Source: Mobula hypostoma (lineage: Eukaryota). From it: a DNA stretch of 64,000 bases. A model generated the notes under the pieces. That model saw nothing but the letters and a program-made list of their open reading frames with translations. It was not told where the DNA came from and ran no database searches. The translations under genes were made by a program, and so were the position numbers. The DNA lies in contig NC_086097.1 in assembly GCF_963921235.1 (NCBI RefSeq), positions 157,854,001-157,918,000 of the forward strand, read 5' to 3'. This document shows, piece after piece, positions 50,426 through 63,380 of this stretch; positions within the stretch are counted from its first letter, which is position 1; every line of letters starts with the position of its first letter.

Positions 50426-51455
50426 TTGCAGGAAAAGTTGCTGTATGTTCTGGGGTTTGGATGTTTCACAAGGCACAAGGAGGCAGGTAAAGAAGATGGG
50501 GGGTGGCATTGTTAATCCAGGATAGCATCATAGCTGCAGAAAGGGAAAACACCATTGAGGGATCATCCACTGAGTACGTGTGGGAGGAAGTCAAAAACAG
50601 GAACTGAGTAATCACTTCAACGGAGGTATTCTATAGACGCCCCCCCCACCCCCCACAGCAACAGTAACATTGAGATGCAGATCAGGAAATCAGGAGGCAG
50701 ACTTTGGAAAGACACAAAAGTAACAGGGCTGTCATCATGGGTAACTTCAACCTCCCTAATATTGATTGACAGCTCCTAAGTACAAAAGGTTTAGATACAA
50801 CAGAATTTGTTAGATGTCCAGGAGGGATTCTTGACAGGCCGACTAGAGGAGAGGCTCTACTGGATCTGCACTAAGCAGTGAACATGCTCAGGCTGGAGAC
50901 AGTGACCACAATTCCCTGACTTTGCCATAGCCTTGCAGAGGAATAGGAGCAGACGGTATGAGAAAGCATTTAACTGAGGGAGGAACAATTATGGTGCTAT
51001 TAGGCAGAAACTTGGGAGCGCAAATTGTGAACAGGTGTACTCAGCTAAAAGCACAACAGCAACGTGGAGGTTCTTTAGTTAGCATTTGGATGGGATTCTG
51101 GATAGGACTGTTGCAGTGAGTGAACTGGAGACTTTCTTTAGAGCAGAGGAGGGTTAGAGATGGCTTGATAGAGGAGTACAAGATGATAAGAGGAATAAAT
51201 CAAGTGGACAGCCAGCGTTTTTCCCAGTGATAATGGCTAAAATAGCTAATTTTAAGGTGATTGGAGGAAAGTAGAGGGAAGGAGTTGTCAGAAAAGGGTT
51301 ATTTACACATGTTGTGCCAGGTGCACGGAATGCACTGCCAGGGGTGATGGTAAAGGCAGTTATCTTAGGGACATTTAAGAAACAGGCATGTGAATGAAAG
51401 AAAAATGGAGGGCTATGTAGAAGGGAAGGGTCATATTGATTTTACAGTAGTTTTA
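50426..51455 (+). mobile_element. Older CR1 LINE (APE fragment fused by deletion to the 3' end)
   Basis: Collinear with 46190-46680 (gggtaacttcaacctccctaatattga = GNFNLPNI; gacagtgaccacaattcc = DSDHNS), then jumps at ~51115 to the ORF2 end and 3' UTR. Confidence 0.75.
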
Positions 51456-51457
51456 AA

Positions 51458-54105
51458 GGTCATAAGACCTAGGAGTAGAATTTGGCCATTTGGCTCATCA
51501 AGTCTGCTTTGCTATTCTATCATGGCTGATTTATTATCCTTCTCAACCCCATTCTTAACTCTTCTCCCCGTAACCTTTGACTCCTTTACTAATCAAGAAC
51601 CTATCCATCTCTGCTATAAGTTTACCCAAGGGCTTGGCCTCCACAGCTGTCTGTGGGAATGATTCTACAGATTCACCAATTCATCCTTATCTTCTTTAAA
51701 AAGGGGTTACCCTTTATTCTGAGATGATGCCCTTTGGTCCTAGACTCTCCCACTATTGGGAACACATACTGCACCTCCACTCTGTCCAGCTGGTTTCAAT
51801 GAAATTCTTCACCCCACCCCACCCCAACACCTCGTCTTTCTAAACTGCACCAAATACTCCACATACATTAACCCTTGCATCCCAGAAACATCCTCATATA
51901 TATCCTCTGGATGGACTCTGCACAATACCAGCACATCCTTCCTTAGATATTGGGCCCAAAGCTTCTCAGAAAACTTCAAATGCGGTCTGACAAATGCCAT
52001 ATAAAGTCTCAGCATTTCATCCTTGCTTTTATATTCTAGTCCTCTCAAAATAAATGCTAACATTGTAATTGCCTTCCTTACCACCGAAAATTAACCTTTC
52101 TGGAATCCAAGATCCTTGGCACATCTGATTTCTGAATTTGCTTCTGGTTTAGAAAGTACTCCACACCTTTATTCCTTCTACCAAAGTGCATGACTACACT
52201 TCACTACACTGTATTCAATCTATTTCTTTGCCCATTGACCTAATCTGTCTCCTTCTGCAGAATCCCTGCTTCCTCAACATTAAGTACCTTCCACCTATAC
52301 AGGTTTCCCCCACCATCCGAAGGTAGGGCGTTCCTATGAAATGGTTCGTAAGCTGAAATGTCATAAAGCGAAGAAGCAATTACCATTTATTTATATGGGA
52401 AAATTTTGTGAGATTTTGCAGACCCAAAAATAACCTACCAAATCATGACAAATAACACATAAAACCTAAAATAACAGTAACATATAGTAAAAGCAGGAAT
52501 GATATGAGAAATACACAGCCTATATAAAGTAGAAATACTCCTCTACAACAATTGCCTGCACAGATCTCCGTAGCAAAAATCTCACGCAAGCGCTCTCGGC
52601 AGAAAATCTCACGCAAGCGCTGTTGGCATAAACGCGCTCTCCAGTAACCTTTAAGCTATGAGGCTGCCAAATCTACCAAATAACACGTAAAAATACACAG
52701 CCTATATAAAGTAGAAATAATGTATGTACAGTGTAGTATCACTTACTGGAATTGGGAAGACAGCTTGCCGAGCAAACTGATGATGGTGTGTATGCAATCG
52801 GAAATCGGCACTGATCTGGGCCGACAATTACGTGTCGGCGGCACCTAATTAATTAGCTTGTTTATTTCGGCTTTTTTCTTAAAATGTGCTGTGTGCCTCC
52901 CAGCCACTGCTGCGTTCTCCACGAAATGGTACAGTATCTGTCCGGGGCCCGGGTGTTGGGGTGGTGGGACACGGAGGGTGTCATCTCATCGTTGATCAGG
53001 GCAGGCAGCTCATCTTCTCCTATGACTGCCCGCCTCGATGTCGAAGATCGAGGTTCGTCGTCTGCTGTGGCTGATGTGGAAGGCTTGCTCGACTGCTGAG
53101 CCTCGCGCATTTTTCTATCATACAGTTGTTTGTAAGGACTCAAACCATCATGCAAATATCCCCTGAGCCTACGTACCCTTTCAAAATTAAAGTCGTACTT
53201 TATCATTGCAGTGAAAATCTCACGTAGTTGCTTCACGTTCAGTTCGCTACTGCATTCGGTTTCGATTGTTATCCTTTCCTCTTCCAATTGCATCAGCTCT
53301 TCATCTATCAGTTCTTGGTCATGGGATGCCAAAACCTTTTCAACATCATCTTCGTCAGCTTCCACAAGCCAAACTCACTTTGTCCTTGCTTCCTTCACCA
53401 CGATCGAAACGCTTAATTATGTCTAGTTTTACACTAAGTGTAACACCCTTACGAGCTCTTTTAGGCTTTTCCAATACCTCAGAACTCATCTTGCTAACGG
53501 CTGCTCACAGGCACGTGTTTAAGCAATGCTGTTCCGAATCCGGGGGAAAGCGGCTGCTCAGGACACGTGCTGCCTTTCTTCGTAACAGTGAAAACACCTT
53601 CTGAAAGTGAAAACAGGGTACTAATGTAGGTCTTTCATAACAGTGAGGTTTCGTAAAGCAACCATTCAAAAAGCAGGTGACACCTGTATTCATATCATCC
53701 ACAAACGGCCAAAAGCCATCAATACTGTCATCCAAATCATTGACATATAATATGAAAAGAAGCAGTTCAAACACCGACCAATGTGGAACACTACTAGTCA
53801 CTGGCAGCTGACCAGAAAAGGCTCCCTTTATTCCCACTCTTTGCCTCAATACCATGACCTTGCTTCGCTGTCTCACATGTAGCGCCTTGTGAAAGGTCTT
53901 CTGAAAATCCAGGTGAACAACATCTCTCCTTTGTCTATCCTGCCTGTTACTTACTGAAAGAATTCCAACAGATTTGTCAGGTAAGATTTCCGCTTTAGGA
54001 AACCAGGCTGAATTTGGCCTATTTTATCATGTGCCTCCAAGTATCCTTCATAATAGAATCCAACACCTACTCAACTACTGAAGTCCGATTAACTGACCTA
54101 CAGTA
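51458..54105 (-). mobile_element. CR1 LINE split into 51458-52297 and 53689-54105 by a Tigger element
   Basis: ORF 51809-52084 LAFILRGLEYKSK..FVRPHL; 53690-53876 RQRVGIKGAFS..VTSSVPH..YVNDLD. Confidence 0.8.
52300..53686 (-). mobile_element. Tigger/pogo DNA transposon, internal-deletion derivative
   Basis: TA|CAGGTTTCCCCC...GGTGACACCTG|TA (imperfect TIRs, TA duplication). Minus-strand ATG at 53489 gives MSSEVLEKPKRARKGVTLSVKLDIIKRFDRGE (CENP-B/psq-type N-terminus), joined to an acidic Tigger-like C-terminus (ORF 52862-53365). Confidence 0.85.
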
Positions 54106-55417
54106 TACTGCGCCTTCAGAATTTCTCCCAGTCAGTAGAACATCGTGGGCTGAATGGTCTATATTGAGTTGTACTGTTCTGTATTCTATTTTCAAGATCT
54201 ACCACATTACAGGATCAGGAAATGGACAAAGGGAAAAATTCGATAATGTCCTCAAATTCTCCTGGAAAGAAATGGAATATTCATGTTAAATACAGGGAAT
54301 TCCTAGCACACAACTCCAGAAAGTTGAGAAGGAGAATTTCTCAAGGCATTCAGAATCTCAGGTTCATGCATCCAAAGCCCACCCTGCAAACCACCTACCC
54401 ATCATTCCCATCTGATATTTCATTTGCCAACTGTGGAGGAGTCTGTAGGTTGTCCTGTGCTGATAACTGGCCAGTGTTCACTGAGAACTTTAACCTCTCA
54501 CTTCAGCAGTGTAAGGAACACACCTGCATCAAGCAGGCTTTAATTATACCATGCCTTAGAAGAACATGGTAACTTTCCTCAATGACTCTCATCCACAATG
54601 CACTTACATCCATAATGATTAAACGCTTGGAGCAATTGGTGATGAAACATGTCAACTCATGCCTCAGAAGAGATTTGGATCTTCTCCAATTTGCCTACCG
54701 GAGCAACAGGTCCGCAGCAGATGCCATTTTATTGTTTCTTCGCTCAACCTTGGAACATCTGGACGACAAAGGTGCATACATCTTGATGCTCTTTGTCAAC
54801 TACAGCTTGGTATTGAACACTATAAACCCCCTCAAATCAAATCAATAAGCTTCAAGACCTTGGCGTCAATACCTCTTTGTGCAATTAGATCCTCAATTTC
54901 CTCACTTGCAGACCAGTCAGTTTAAATTGGCAACATTTCCTCCACAATCTCCATCCGCACAGGTACACCACAAGGCTGTGTGCCTTGCCCCTGCTCTACT
55001 CACTTCACACTTGTGACAGTGTGGCTAAGAACTCCAATGCCATATTCAAGGTTGCTGATACACCACTGTTGTAGGGTGGTGAAGAATCAGGGAGATTGAA
55101 AATCTGACTGAGCGGTGCCACAACAACAACCTCTTACTCAATGTCAGCAAGACCAAGGAGAAGGAAACCACGACCCAGACTTCATCAGAGGATCAGAGAT
55201 GATGAGGATCAGCAACTTTAAATTTCTCGGTGTTATCATTTCAGAGGATCTGTCCTCAGCCCAGCGGACAAGTGCAATTACGAAGAAAGCATGGCAGTGC
55301 CTCTACATCCTTAGGATTTTGCAGATATTTGGCATGTCATCTAAAACTTTGACAAACTTCTATAGATATGCAGTGGAGAGTATATTGACTGCTTGTATCA
55401 CAACCTGGTATGGAAAC

Positions 55418-55820
55418 ACAATAGACAATAGACAATAGGTGCAGGAGTAGGCCATTCGGCCCTTCGAGCCAGCACCACCATTCACTGTGATCATGGCTGA
55501 TCATCCACAGTCCATATCCAGTTCCTGCCTTATCCCCATAACGTTTGATTCCGCTATCTTTAAGAGCTCTATCCATCTCTTTCTTGAAAGCATCCAGAGA
55601 CTTGGCCTCCACAGCCTTCTGGGGCAGAGAATTCCATACATCCAACACACTCTGGGTGAAAAAGTTTTTCCTCAACTCCATTCTAAATGGCCTACCCCTT
55701 ATTCTTAAACTGTGGCCTCTGGTTCTGGACTCACCCATCAGCGGGAACATGCTTCCTGCCTCCAGCATGTCCAATCCCTTAATAATCTTATATGTTTCAA
55801 TAAGATCCCCTCTCAGCCTT
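55418..55820 (-). mobile_element. Young CR1 3' end inserted in the Rex1 element
   Basis: GSMFPLMGESRTRGHSLRIRGRPFR..NFFTQSVLDVWNSLP; tail (CAATAGA)n on + at 55418-55438. Confidence 0.88.
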
Positions 55821-56209
55821 GTGCATGGAGCGTTATCGCATGAAAGCAGTGTACATCATCAGGGACCCCCACCACCCAGGTCAAGCTCCCTTCTCACTGC
55901 TGCAATCAGGAAGAAGGTACAGGGGCCTCAGGACTCACACCATCACGTTCTGGAACAATAGTTATCCTTCAAATCAGGCTCTTAAACCCAAGGAGATAAC
56001 TTCACTCAACTTCACTTGCCCCTTCACTGAAATGTTCCCACTGTCTGTGGACTCACTTTCAAGGATTCTTCATCTCATGTTCTTGATATTTAATGCCTAT
56101 TTATTTATTATTATTTCTTTCTTTTTGTATTTACACAGTTTGTTGTCTTTTGCACACTGGTTGAACACCCAGTTGGTATGGTCTTTCATTGATTCTATTA
56201 TGGTTATTA

Positions 56210-56358
56210 GAAGAAGAAGAAGAAGAAGAAGAGGAGGAGGAAGAAGAAAAGGAGGAGGAGAAGGAGGAAGAAGAAAATGAGGAAGAAGAGGAGGAGGAAG
56301 AAGAAAAGGAGGAGGAGGAGGAGGAAGAGGAAGAGGAAGAGGAAGAGGAAGAGGAAAG
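56210..56358. repeat. Compound (GAA)n/(GGA)n/(GAAGAG)n microsatellite
   Basis: Directly visible purine tract, about 150 bp. Confidence 0.95.
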
Positions 56359-56562
56359 CCCTTAACTCCAAGTGGAGTCATTAGGACGCCATCATGACGG
56401 CATTTTTTTTAGCAGGCTTTCTTATTTTTACAAGGCCGAGATGCTAGCTTGACACTTAACCCAGCACGGATGGAAAGCGTGCAAGGGAGCCGGCTGGATA
56501 CGAAATCGGGAGCTTCCGCTCCGAAGTCCAGTGCTGATGCCACTATGCTGCCAGCCAGCATC
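56210..56562 (-). mobile_element. tRNA-derived SINE with expanded (TTC/TCC)n tail and 10-bp TSD
   Basis: Minus-strand head ggctggcagcatagtggcatcagc...gatttcgtatcc (A/B-box-like); TSD atggttatta at 56200-56209 and 56563-56572. Confidence 0.75.
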
Positions 56563-57271
56563 ATGGTTATTATTCTATTATAAATTTATTGAGCATGCCC
56601 ACTAGAAAATATATCTCAGGATTATATATATTTTTTTAAGTAATAAGTTTACTTTGAACTTTGAGCGTTGTCATTCATTAAGAAGCAGTTGAACTGAAAT
56701 GGAACCAAGTCACTCTCAATTCAGACAGAGTACCTCAGACTGATTCATCTTGTGAATGAGTGCAGTGAAGATGATACAAGAAGCTCAGCAACAGAGGACA
56801 GACCAGGTCACTTGATGAGGTGAACGGTCTCCCTTGAACACTGCAGAAATACCCTTTCCTACAACCTCTACCTTTGACATAACCAAAGCCACGGGTGCAT
56901 CATTTCCAAGCCATTACCTACTTAATTTGAACTTTCTTTTCCACAGAGCCAGTAGTTTTGAGTTCCCAACTGAAAACCAATAATGAGGGGCTTATTTGTA
57001 ACTCTAGTGGCTTTAAAGTCATTTTTTGAATTTAATCCGAAGTGAATAAACCAGACATCAATGTATTTTAAATTAGGTTATAACCTATCACTAGGAATTG
57101 ACCATAAATGGTGTCAGATGCTTATAAGTGGTTGATATCCAACTTTCAAAGAAGCTAGAAATGGGAAATAAATGTGGCCCTGCCAAGAACAACGATTTCC
57201 CTTTGCCCATTCAGGTCTCGAACCAACGGGTGCAGCTCTAACCATGTCAGTTTAGCAACGCTATGACGATT

Positions 57272-57587
57272 TTGATGATATAGGCATCCATTAGTCTCAT
57301 GAGACCATGAATTTGTGCCTTCGAAGGTTCCCAGGGCGCAGGCCTGGGCAAGGTTGTGTGGAAGACCAGCAGTTGCCCATGCTGCAAGTCTCCCCTCTCC
57401 ACACCACCGATGTTGTCCAAGGGAAGGGCTTTAGGACCCATACAGCTTGGCACCGGTGTCGTCGCAGAGCAATGTGTGGTTAAGTGCCTTGCTCAGGGAC
57501 ACAACATGCTGTCTCAGCCAAGGCTCGAACTAGCGACATTCAAATCACTAGGCGAACACCTTAACCACTTGGCCACGCCCCAACACA
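57272..57587 (-). mobile_element. tRNA-headed SINE with CORE-like box and RTE-related 3' module
   Basis: Minus strand: A box TGGCCAAGTGG, B box GTTCGAGCC, gttgtgtccctgagcaaggcacttaacc (CORE-like), then sequence homologous to 11628-11825. Confidence 0.8.
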
Positions 57588-58348
57588 CTTTGATCAAACT
57601 ACACTAAAATGGCCTGTTTTGTTCCAATTTCTCGTAAATTTACAAATTAAACACAGGAAGGAAGAAACCATATCTGTCCTCTCAGTGATTTGCTGGCTGC
57701 AAGTAGTGGCCAGTGGAAACACTCACATAGCCAGCAATCCTGATAGGACTGAAATCAAGAGGGAACCTATGTCCATGTTAACAAGAAAGTGAGTGTCAGT
57801 AGTGCATGTAGGGCAGCTTAAATCAAAGGAAATCCAATTATACTTTTAGGCAGCTGAGCTCTCAGTTATACATCATATGGAGCATCATGTGATGAGCTGA
57901 CATTTCACAAAAAGGGGCACTAAATTTACAGGAATAGTTTTGCAAGTAAATCAAAACTTCTGTCAAATGTTGACACGATGGTACAATCTGCATCAAACTG
58001 GTTTATAAAAAATGCTACTGCATTGTTTGATCCTTACAGAAGATTTGTAACATATTTTCTAACATACAGCTATTTATGATGCCCTAAGGCTAATGTGGCA
58101 TTTTGGCCAAGTTATTAAACTAGAATCCAATGGACTCCACTTACGATTCAGTGATATGTTTTTAAAAACTATGTGAGCTCAAATTTGAGATACAAAGGAG
58201 AGCAGATGTTGTAATCTGGAGCAAAAACAAACTGCTTGGAAAACTTGGCAGGTTGAGCAGCATCTGTGTCCACATATCACGGTACTCATATCACGGTCTT
58301 GACTGGTAAATTCTGAAATAAATACTTGACTGACCAATGGTGATTAGG

Positions 58349-58620
58349 AGGCATGGGAGCGTAGTGGTTAGCACAACACTTTGCAGTACAGGTGACCCAG
58401 GTTCAATTCTTGTCACTGCCTGTACATTTTGCCCGTGACCACATGGGTTTCCTCTGGGTGCTCCGGTTTCCTCCCACATTCCAAAGATGTGCCGGTTGGT
58501 CGCTTAATTGGTCATTGTAAATTGTCCCATGATTAGGCCAGGATTAAATCGGAGGCTTAATGGATGGCACAGCTTGGAGGGCCAGAAGGGCCTAATCCTT
58601 GCTATATGTCAATAAGTAAA
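58349..58620 (+). mobile_element. V-SINE (HE1-like)
   Basis: A box gcgtagtggttagc, B box ggttcaattc, V domain tgggtttcctctgggtgctccggtttcctcccacattccaaag, CR1-like tail gggccagaagggcct. Confidence 0.88.
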
Positions 58621-60339
58621 CATGAAACTGCTGAAATGTCATAGAAATTATCTGGTTGACTGGAAGAAAATTTGCAGTCCTTAGTTATTTTATATGTGAC
58701 TCCAGACCAACTGACATCTTTATCTGCCTTTTGAAATGACCTTGTAGCCATTCATTCAAACACAATTAAGAATAAGTAATAAATGCATATCTTTGTTTGC
58801 AAGGAACAAATGAATAAGCATTCCTGTTCAACTACTGAGTTCTTGCAATGGTGTGAAGAAACAGGATTAACTTTAATTAACTCTAGGAAGTTCAATGAAT
58901 GATATAGTTAAGTTCTTCATGTTACAGCAATTTGCTTGAATCCAAGTATGGTTATATGACATTGGCTGTGATTGGAACTATATAAACGAGTTGGTTTACT
59001 TTATACCAGCAGCAGTGGGAACCCAATTATAATTTTTTTAATCTGTGAAGTTCATTTTCTCTTCAGTGGAAAATAGTATCAGACAGAAATAAAAACATGT
59101 GGCCAGTACCAACACTGCAGAATTGTACCAACCTCCCATGGTTGGATGGACCAAAAAAGAAAGTTAATGTATTACAGAAAGTACTGCCTCTGAAATTAGT
59201 GCTTATACTATTTTTTTTTAAATGTCAGCTCTCCTACCGGCTACTTACGTTTCCTTATAGAGATTCATTGGATAGACACGTCCAACGTTGTCTCAGCACA
59301 ATCTTCCAAATCCACTGCAAGAAGAAGCAAGCTGATACCAGCATCGCCTCTGAGGTCTACTGTCCTGGTGTCAAACTCTCAGTTGTCTTTGAAGGGCAGG
59401 CCACAATGTTTGCACACTTGACACTGAACTCCTCTGCTCTGAATTTCATCACATGACATTAGCAAAGAAAAAAATTAAAGATGTTTCCAAGCATCTTGTA
59501 AAAAATGAAATATGTTCACTATCTTGACCATCTTAAAATGGAGAAGCAGCAGCAGGAAAATACTTCTAACCCCGAGTTTCTTGAGTAGTGTAGGTAGGTA
59601 TATTAGCAAAAATAGCAGTATCACAAAAAACTGTGGATCAATTGTTTAAGAAAAATAACAAAATGGCTTGAGTTGCAAAAATAGATTGAGGTGCTTTTAT
59701 TTACCTCAAAACAAGACAAAAACTGGGGGGAAAAAAACAATAGCCACCCTCAGACTAAACACAAAAGAAAACTAACCCCAAAGCCTTGGTGACCTGAGGC
59801 TCATAACTGCTAAGTCCCTCCCCCTAGACCAACCAAAAGCTAATTAACTCAATTATCCAATTAAAGATGGTATCCTCCACCATCAGCACACCTGTGCAGG
59901 TTGCTGCTGCCTCCATATGAGACAGCTCCATGCAGCAGCTCTGTTTCAGACCCAGTGATTATTACAGCTGTGGATGAGTGTTTTACTGAGTGTGCCATGT
60001 GCCGTCCGTAGTTAGTGACAGGCCTTTGTCACAATCAGACTGCTTGACAGTCCCACAAAGCACCTCTTGTCCTATCTGTGACAGGGTCTGCAGGCACCAC
60101 ATTGGCCTCAGCAACCACCTCTGAACACACTGAAAAGGAGTGGGGGAAAAGGCATCCTTAACCACAAGAAGAGACTGTCCACTGCTAAGCAAGCATACAG
60201 AAAGACTGCAGGGGAACTGGCCCAGCAGCCTACAGAATGTGCACCAATTATCAACCACCTTTTTACAGTAACCTTTATTAATCTCACTTTTTTTAAAAAT
60301 TCTCCCCTCATTCCCATAAACTTCCACCACAGACTGACA

Positions 60340-60500
60340 CACTGGGACAATTTACTGTAGACAATCATATACATGTCTTTGGGATGTGTGAAGAAACCAG
60401 AGAACCTGAAGTAAACAGGTGGACAGGAAACTCCACACAGACACTACCTGAGGTCAAGATTAAATCTGGGTTTTTGGTGCTATGAGGCAACAGGTTGTCT
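60340..60500 (-). mobile_element. Old V-SINE remnant
   Basis: acatgtctttgggatgtgtgaagaaaccagagaacctg...aaactccacacagac...aagattaaatctggg is the reverse complement of a V domain and tRNA head. Confidence 0.65.
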
Positions 60501-61278
60501 AACTTCTTGTTACAGACTGACTATTAAGAAATCCTCTGGGAAGACCTCACAAAATATAGTGTCTATGTATCAACAGAGGAAGCAGTAGGGGAACTGACAT
60601 GAAAATACTAAGTCTTTGTACGCATTCTCCATGGTGTTTGCTAACCACAAGACTTCATGTTTTATCAAATTAACGTTTTTATTTCCCCAGTGGCTTGCTA
60701 TATGGGTCTTAATTACGGTCTCTGCTGGGGTTATCCCGGATTTATTTTCAGAACCGTCTAGCACTCAGTGATAAAGTGGAATGACAAAGTTGTGTTAGTA
60801 GAGAATCACTGCACTACCATTTCTATTACATAGTCTGGCACTTCATTAGAATCTAATCTCATCTCATTACAGTGTAACTGGTTGTTGGCTGGGAATGGCA
60901 GCATATTCTTACAATTACAATTAAATTAATTATTGTACTACATATAACATTAAAGTTGGAGGATTGTTAAACATTTCTTTTCATAGAACAGATTGATGAA
61001 ATATCATGGCTTCCACTAGAAGGGCCAAAAATCTAATTGGCAAAAGGAGTCAAGAGTATTACATGTTTAATAACAAGTTGTACCATCCAGAATGCACTGC
61101 CTGGAATAAGGTCAACAATAATTAAAGAATGGATAAATACTTAAAGGGAAAGTACTTTAACAATTGCAGAAAGTAGGGAAGAGAGCATGATTTAATAGCG
61201 CATTAAAAAAATCAGCACAGCTATAAAATGGTCTGTGTCTCTGCTCTGAAATGCTATGGGCTCCTACATGACCTATCT

Positions 61279-61395
61279 TAGTCATAGTCATATTTTATTG
61301 ATCCCAGGGGAAATTGGTTTTCGTTACAGTTGCACAATAAATAATAAATAGTAATAGAACCATAAATAGTTAAATAGTAATATGTAAATTATGCC
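61279..61395 (-). mobile_element. Very short 3' end of the Rex1 family seen at 6305-7864
   Basis: Near-identical to 6316-6432 (tagtcatagtcata...agaaccataaatagttaaatagtaatatgtaaattatgcc). Confidence 0.88.
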
Positions 61396-63380
61396 TGAAT
61401 GCCTGGGAGGAACATATCAAAGAGATATTTGTAAAATATACCAGATTGCAGTTGATTTAGACTTATTCAACTTTGCAGCATAACCTCTTGATGCATCAAC
61501 GTGAGTTTCCAAACTCAAAATCAAAGCCAGTTTATAGAAACAATTACGTCTAAGTTCAGGGACTATAAAGTGAGCTCTCATGTTCTCCAGGCACACACTA
61601 AATTTTGTTTCAAAAGAAGCTGCATCTGCCATTTCACCAGACCCCAAACTAATCAATGAAAGCCAGTGGCTGCTTCATATTGTTGAAATTCAACTGCAGA
61701 CAGCTCAAACATGCTGGCCTCTTATATTCAGTTTGTCCCATTGGACCAGCTTCACAATCTTGTTATAACCTTCAGCACTTCTTCTGTCATCACAAGTTTA
61801 TCAGAAAAGTGACAGTTATCAGGATAAAATTCTGTAAAATGAAGCCAACTGTTAATGTATTTCATTAATGGGGCTTTGCATCTTAATTCCAAGAAGCTGA
61901 GGCAACCAGGAACAGCCTGCTTTTATACGTAATTATAAATCATCTTTTTGATTATCTTCAATCAGAATTTGCTTTCCCCATTCTAACCAAAATATTGTTC
62001 TGACGTTTAGATCCCTCATATGAAGGAGTTCTTCTGATATCAGTTCTAATCTTAACTAGTTCATTTGTGCCTGACTATACATAAAGAAATATCCTGCTCT
62101 GGCTATAAAAGATTAAAGATTAGCTTTATTTGTCACACAGGTGTCAAAACAGTGAAATGCATCATTTGTGTCAAAGACCAACACCGTCCGAAAATGTGCC
62201 CAGAGCAGCTTGCAATTGTCTCCGTGCTTCCAGCACCAACATTGCATACCCACAATTTAGTGACTACTGGACACTTGATGTTTATATGCATCGATGAGGT
62301 GAAGTGTTTAACAGTGAAGGATCCAGAGACTAGCTTAATCAATAAGATGTTAACAGACAAAAGCTACAAATGAAGAGGGAACTGACTACATTGGTAAAAG
62401 ATCATGACGGAATGATATACGAGTTAGATGTATCAACTTGAATAAATTGGATAAACATTAAATCAAGCCTGAGAGGAGGTGGACCAACTCATGAAGAGAA
62501 ATTTTCAGCCTCCTGATTTATTACCTGAGATTAAGATGTAAGCATTGCAAGTTTTAGCCATTGCTTTTCTGGTTGAATTCAATTCTGACCATCTGATCTA
62601 ACATCTTCCCATCGCTAACCTGACAGTTACAGCCATAACATTTACTACCTGGGAATTGTCTAGCTCATCAGCACATGGAGAAAAGTTGCCTAACCAACCT
62701 TTATACTCACTGATGTCATTGCTTCCTTTATTTTTGTGACGGTTGTAGAAACCATTGGTGATGTCTCTCAGCTGTATGCATTTTCAGAATGGAGAGTGGT
62801 CCACTTGCCCTGCTCCCAGACAGCTGAGAAACATCCCTGGCATTTCTACATCATGGGGAAAAAGTACTGGATGAATTCAAAATGGTAAATATTTAATAAA
62901 TTATTAGAGCCAAATTATCTCTTCCTTTCATCTTTTAGCCAAAATACCTCCATCACATTGCCAGGTGTATTAAGTAATTACATATTCATATTACTTTTAC
63001 AGAATTCACTTATCACAATTAACTCCACACCACATGCCATGTTACAAAATGAGTCAGAGACTTTGGGAGTGCCTGGGATCTTCTTCAAGCAGAGATGGTC
63101 CACCACTCAGCCTTTCATTCACTGTAAAAGGTGCCAGCAGAGATGAATCACTGAATGGAAAGTCCTGATAGAAAAGGCCAGAACATTTAAGCTCAAGCAG
63201 TATGATGTGCACATCAAAGTTGGCCAGTGGGATGATCAGCAAATCACCACGCCAGTTGAGACACATTCCAGCCAGAAACAAAGGCAAGTCCCGCAGTTAC
63301 TCCCTCATTCTTATTAAGTGCACAACAGAGTCGATCAAACTCATGTTGCTGTTTCTGGCAGCATGTTAATCAGTTGTTAC

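Larger units (their letters stand above)
54385..56665 (+). mobile_element. Degenerate Rex1/Babar-type LINE, interrupted twice
   Basis: ALTSIMIKRLEQLV, LDLLQFAYRSNRSAADAI, MLFVNYSLVLNTI, NFKFLGVIISEDLS, LLQSGRRYRGL; tail taataagtttactttgaactttga. Confidence 0.85.

Noticed and set aside
57510..57587. tRNA gene
   Set aside because: A and B boxes run straight into a SINE body; no complete cloverleaf or terminator is evident. The same applies to 58349 and 56480-56560.
62958..63320. Possible coding exon (GC-richer unique sequence)
   Set aside because: In-frame stop at 63144-63146, no convincing splice pair and no recognisable protein; cannot be supported without RNA or homology data.
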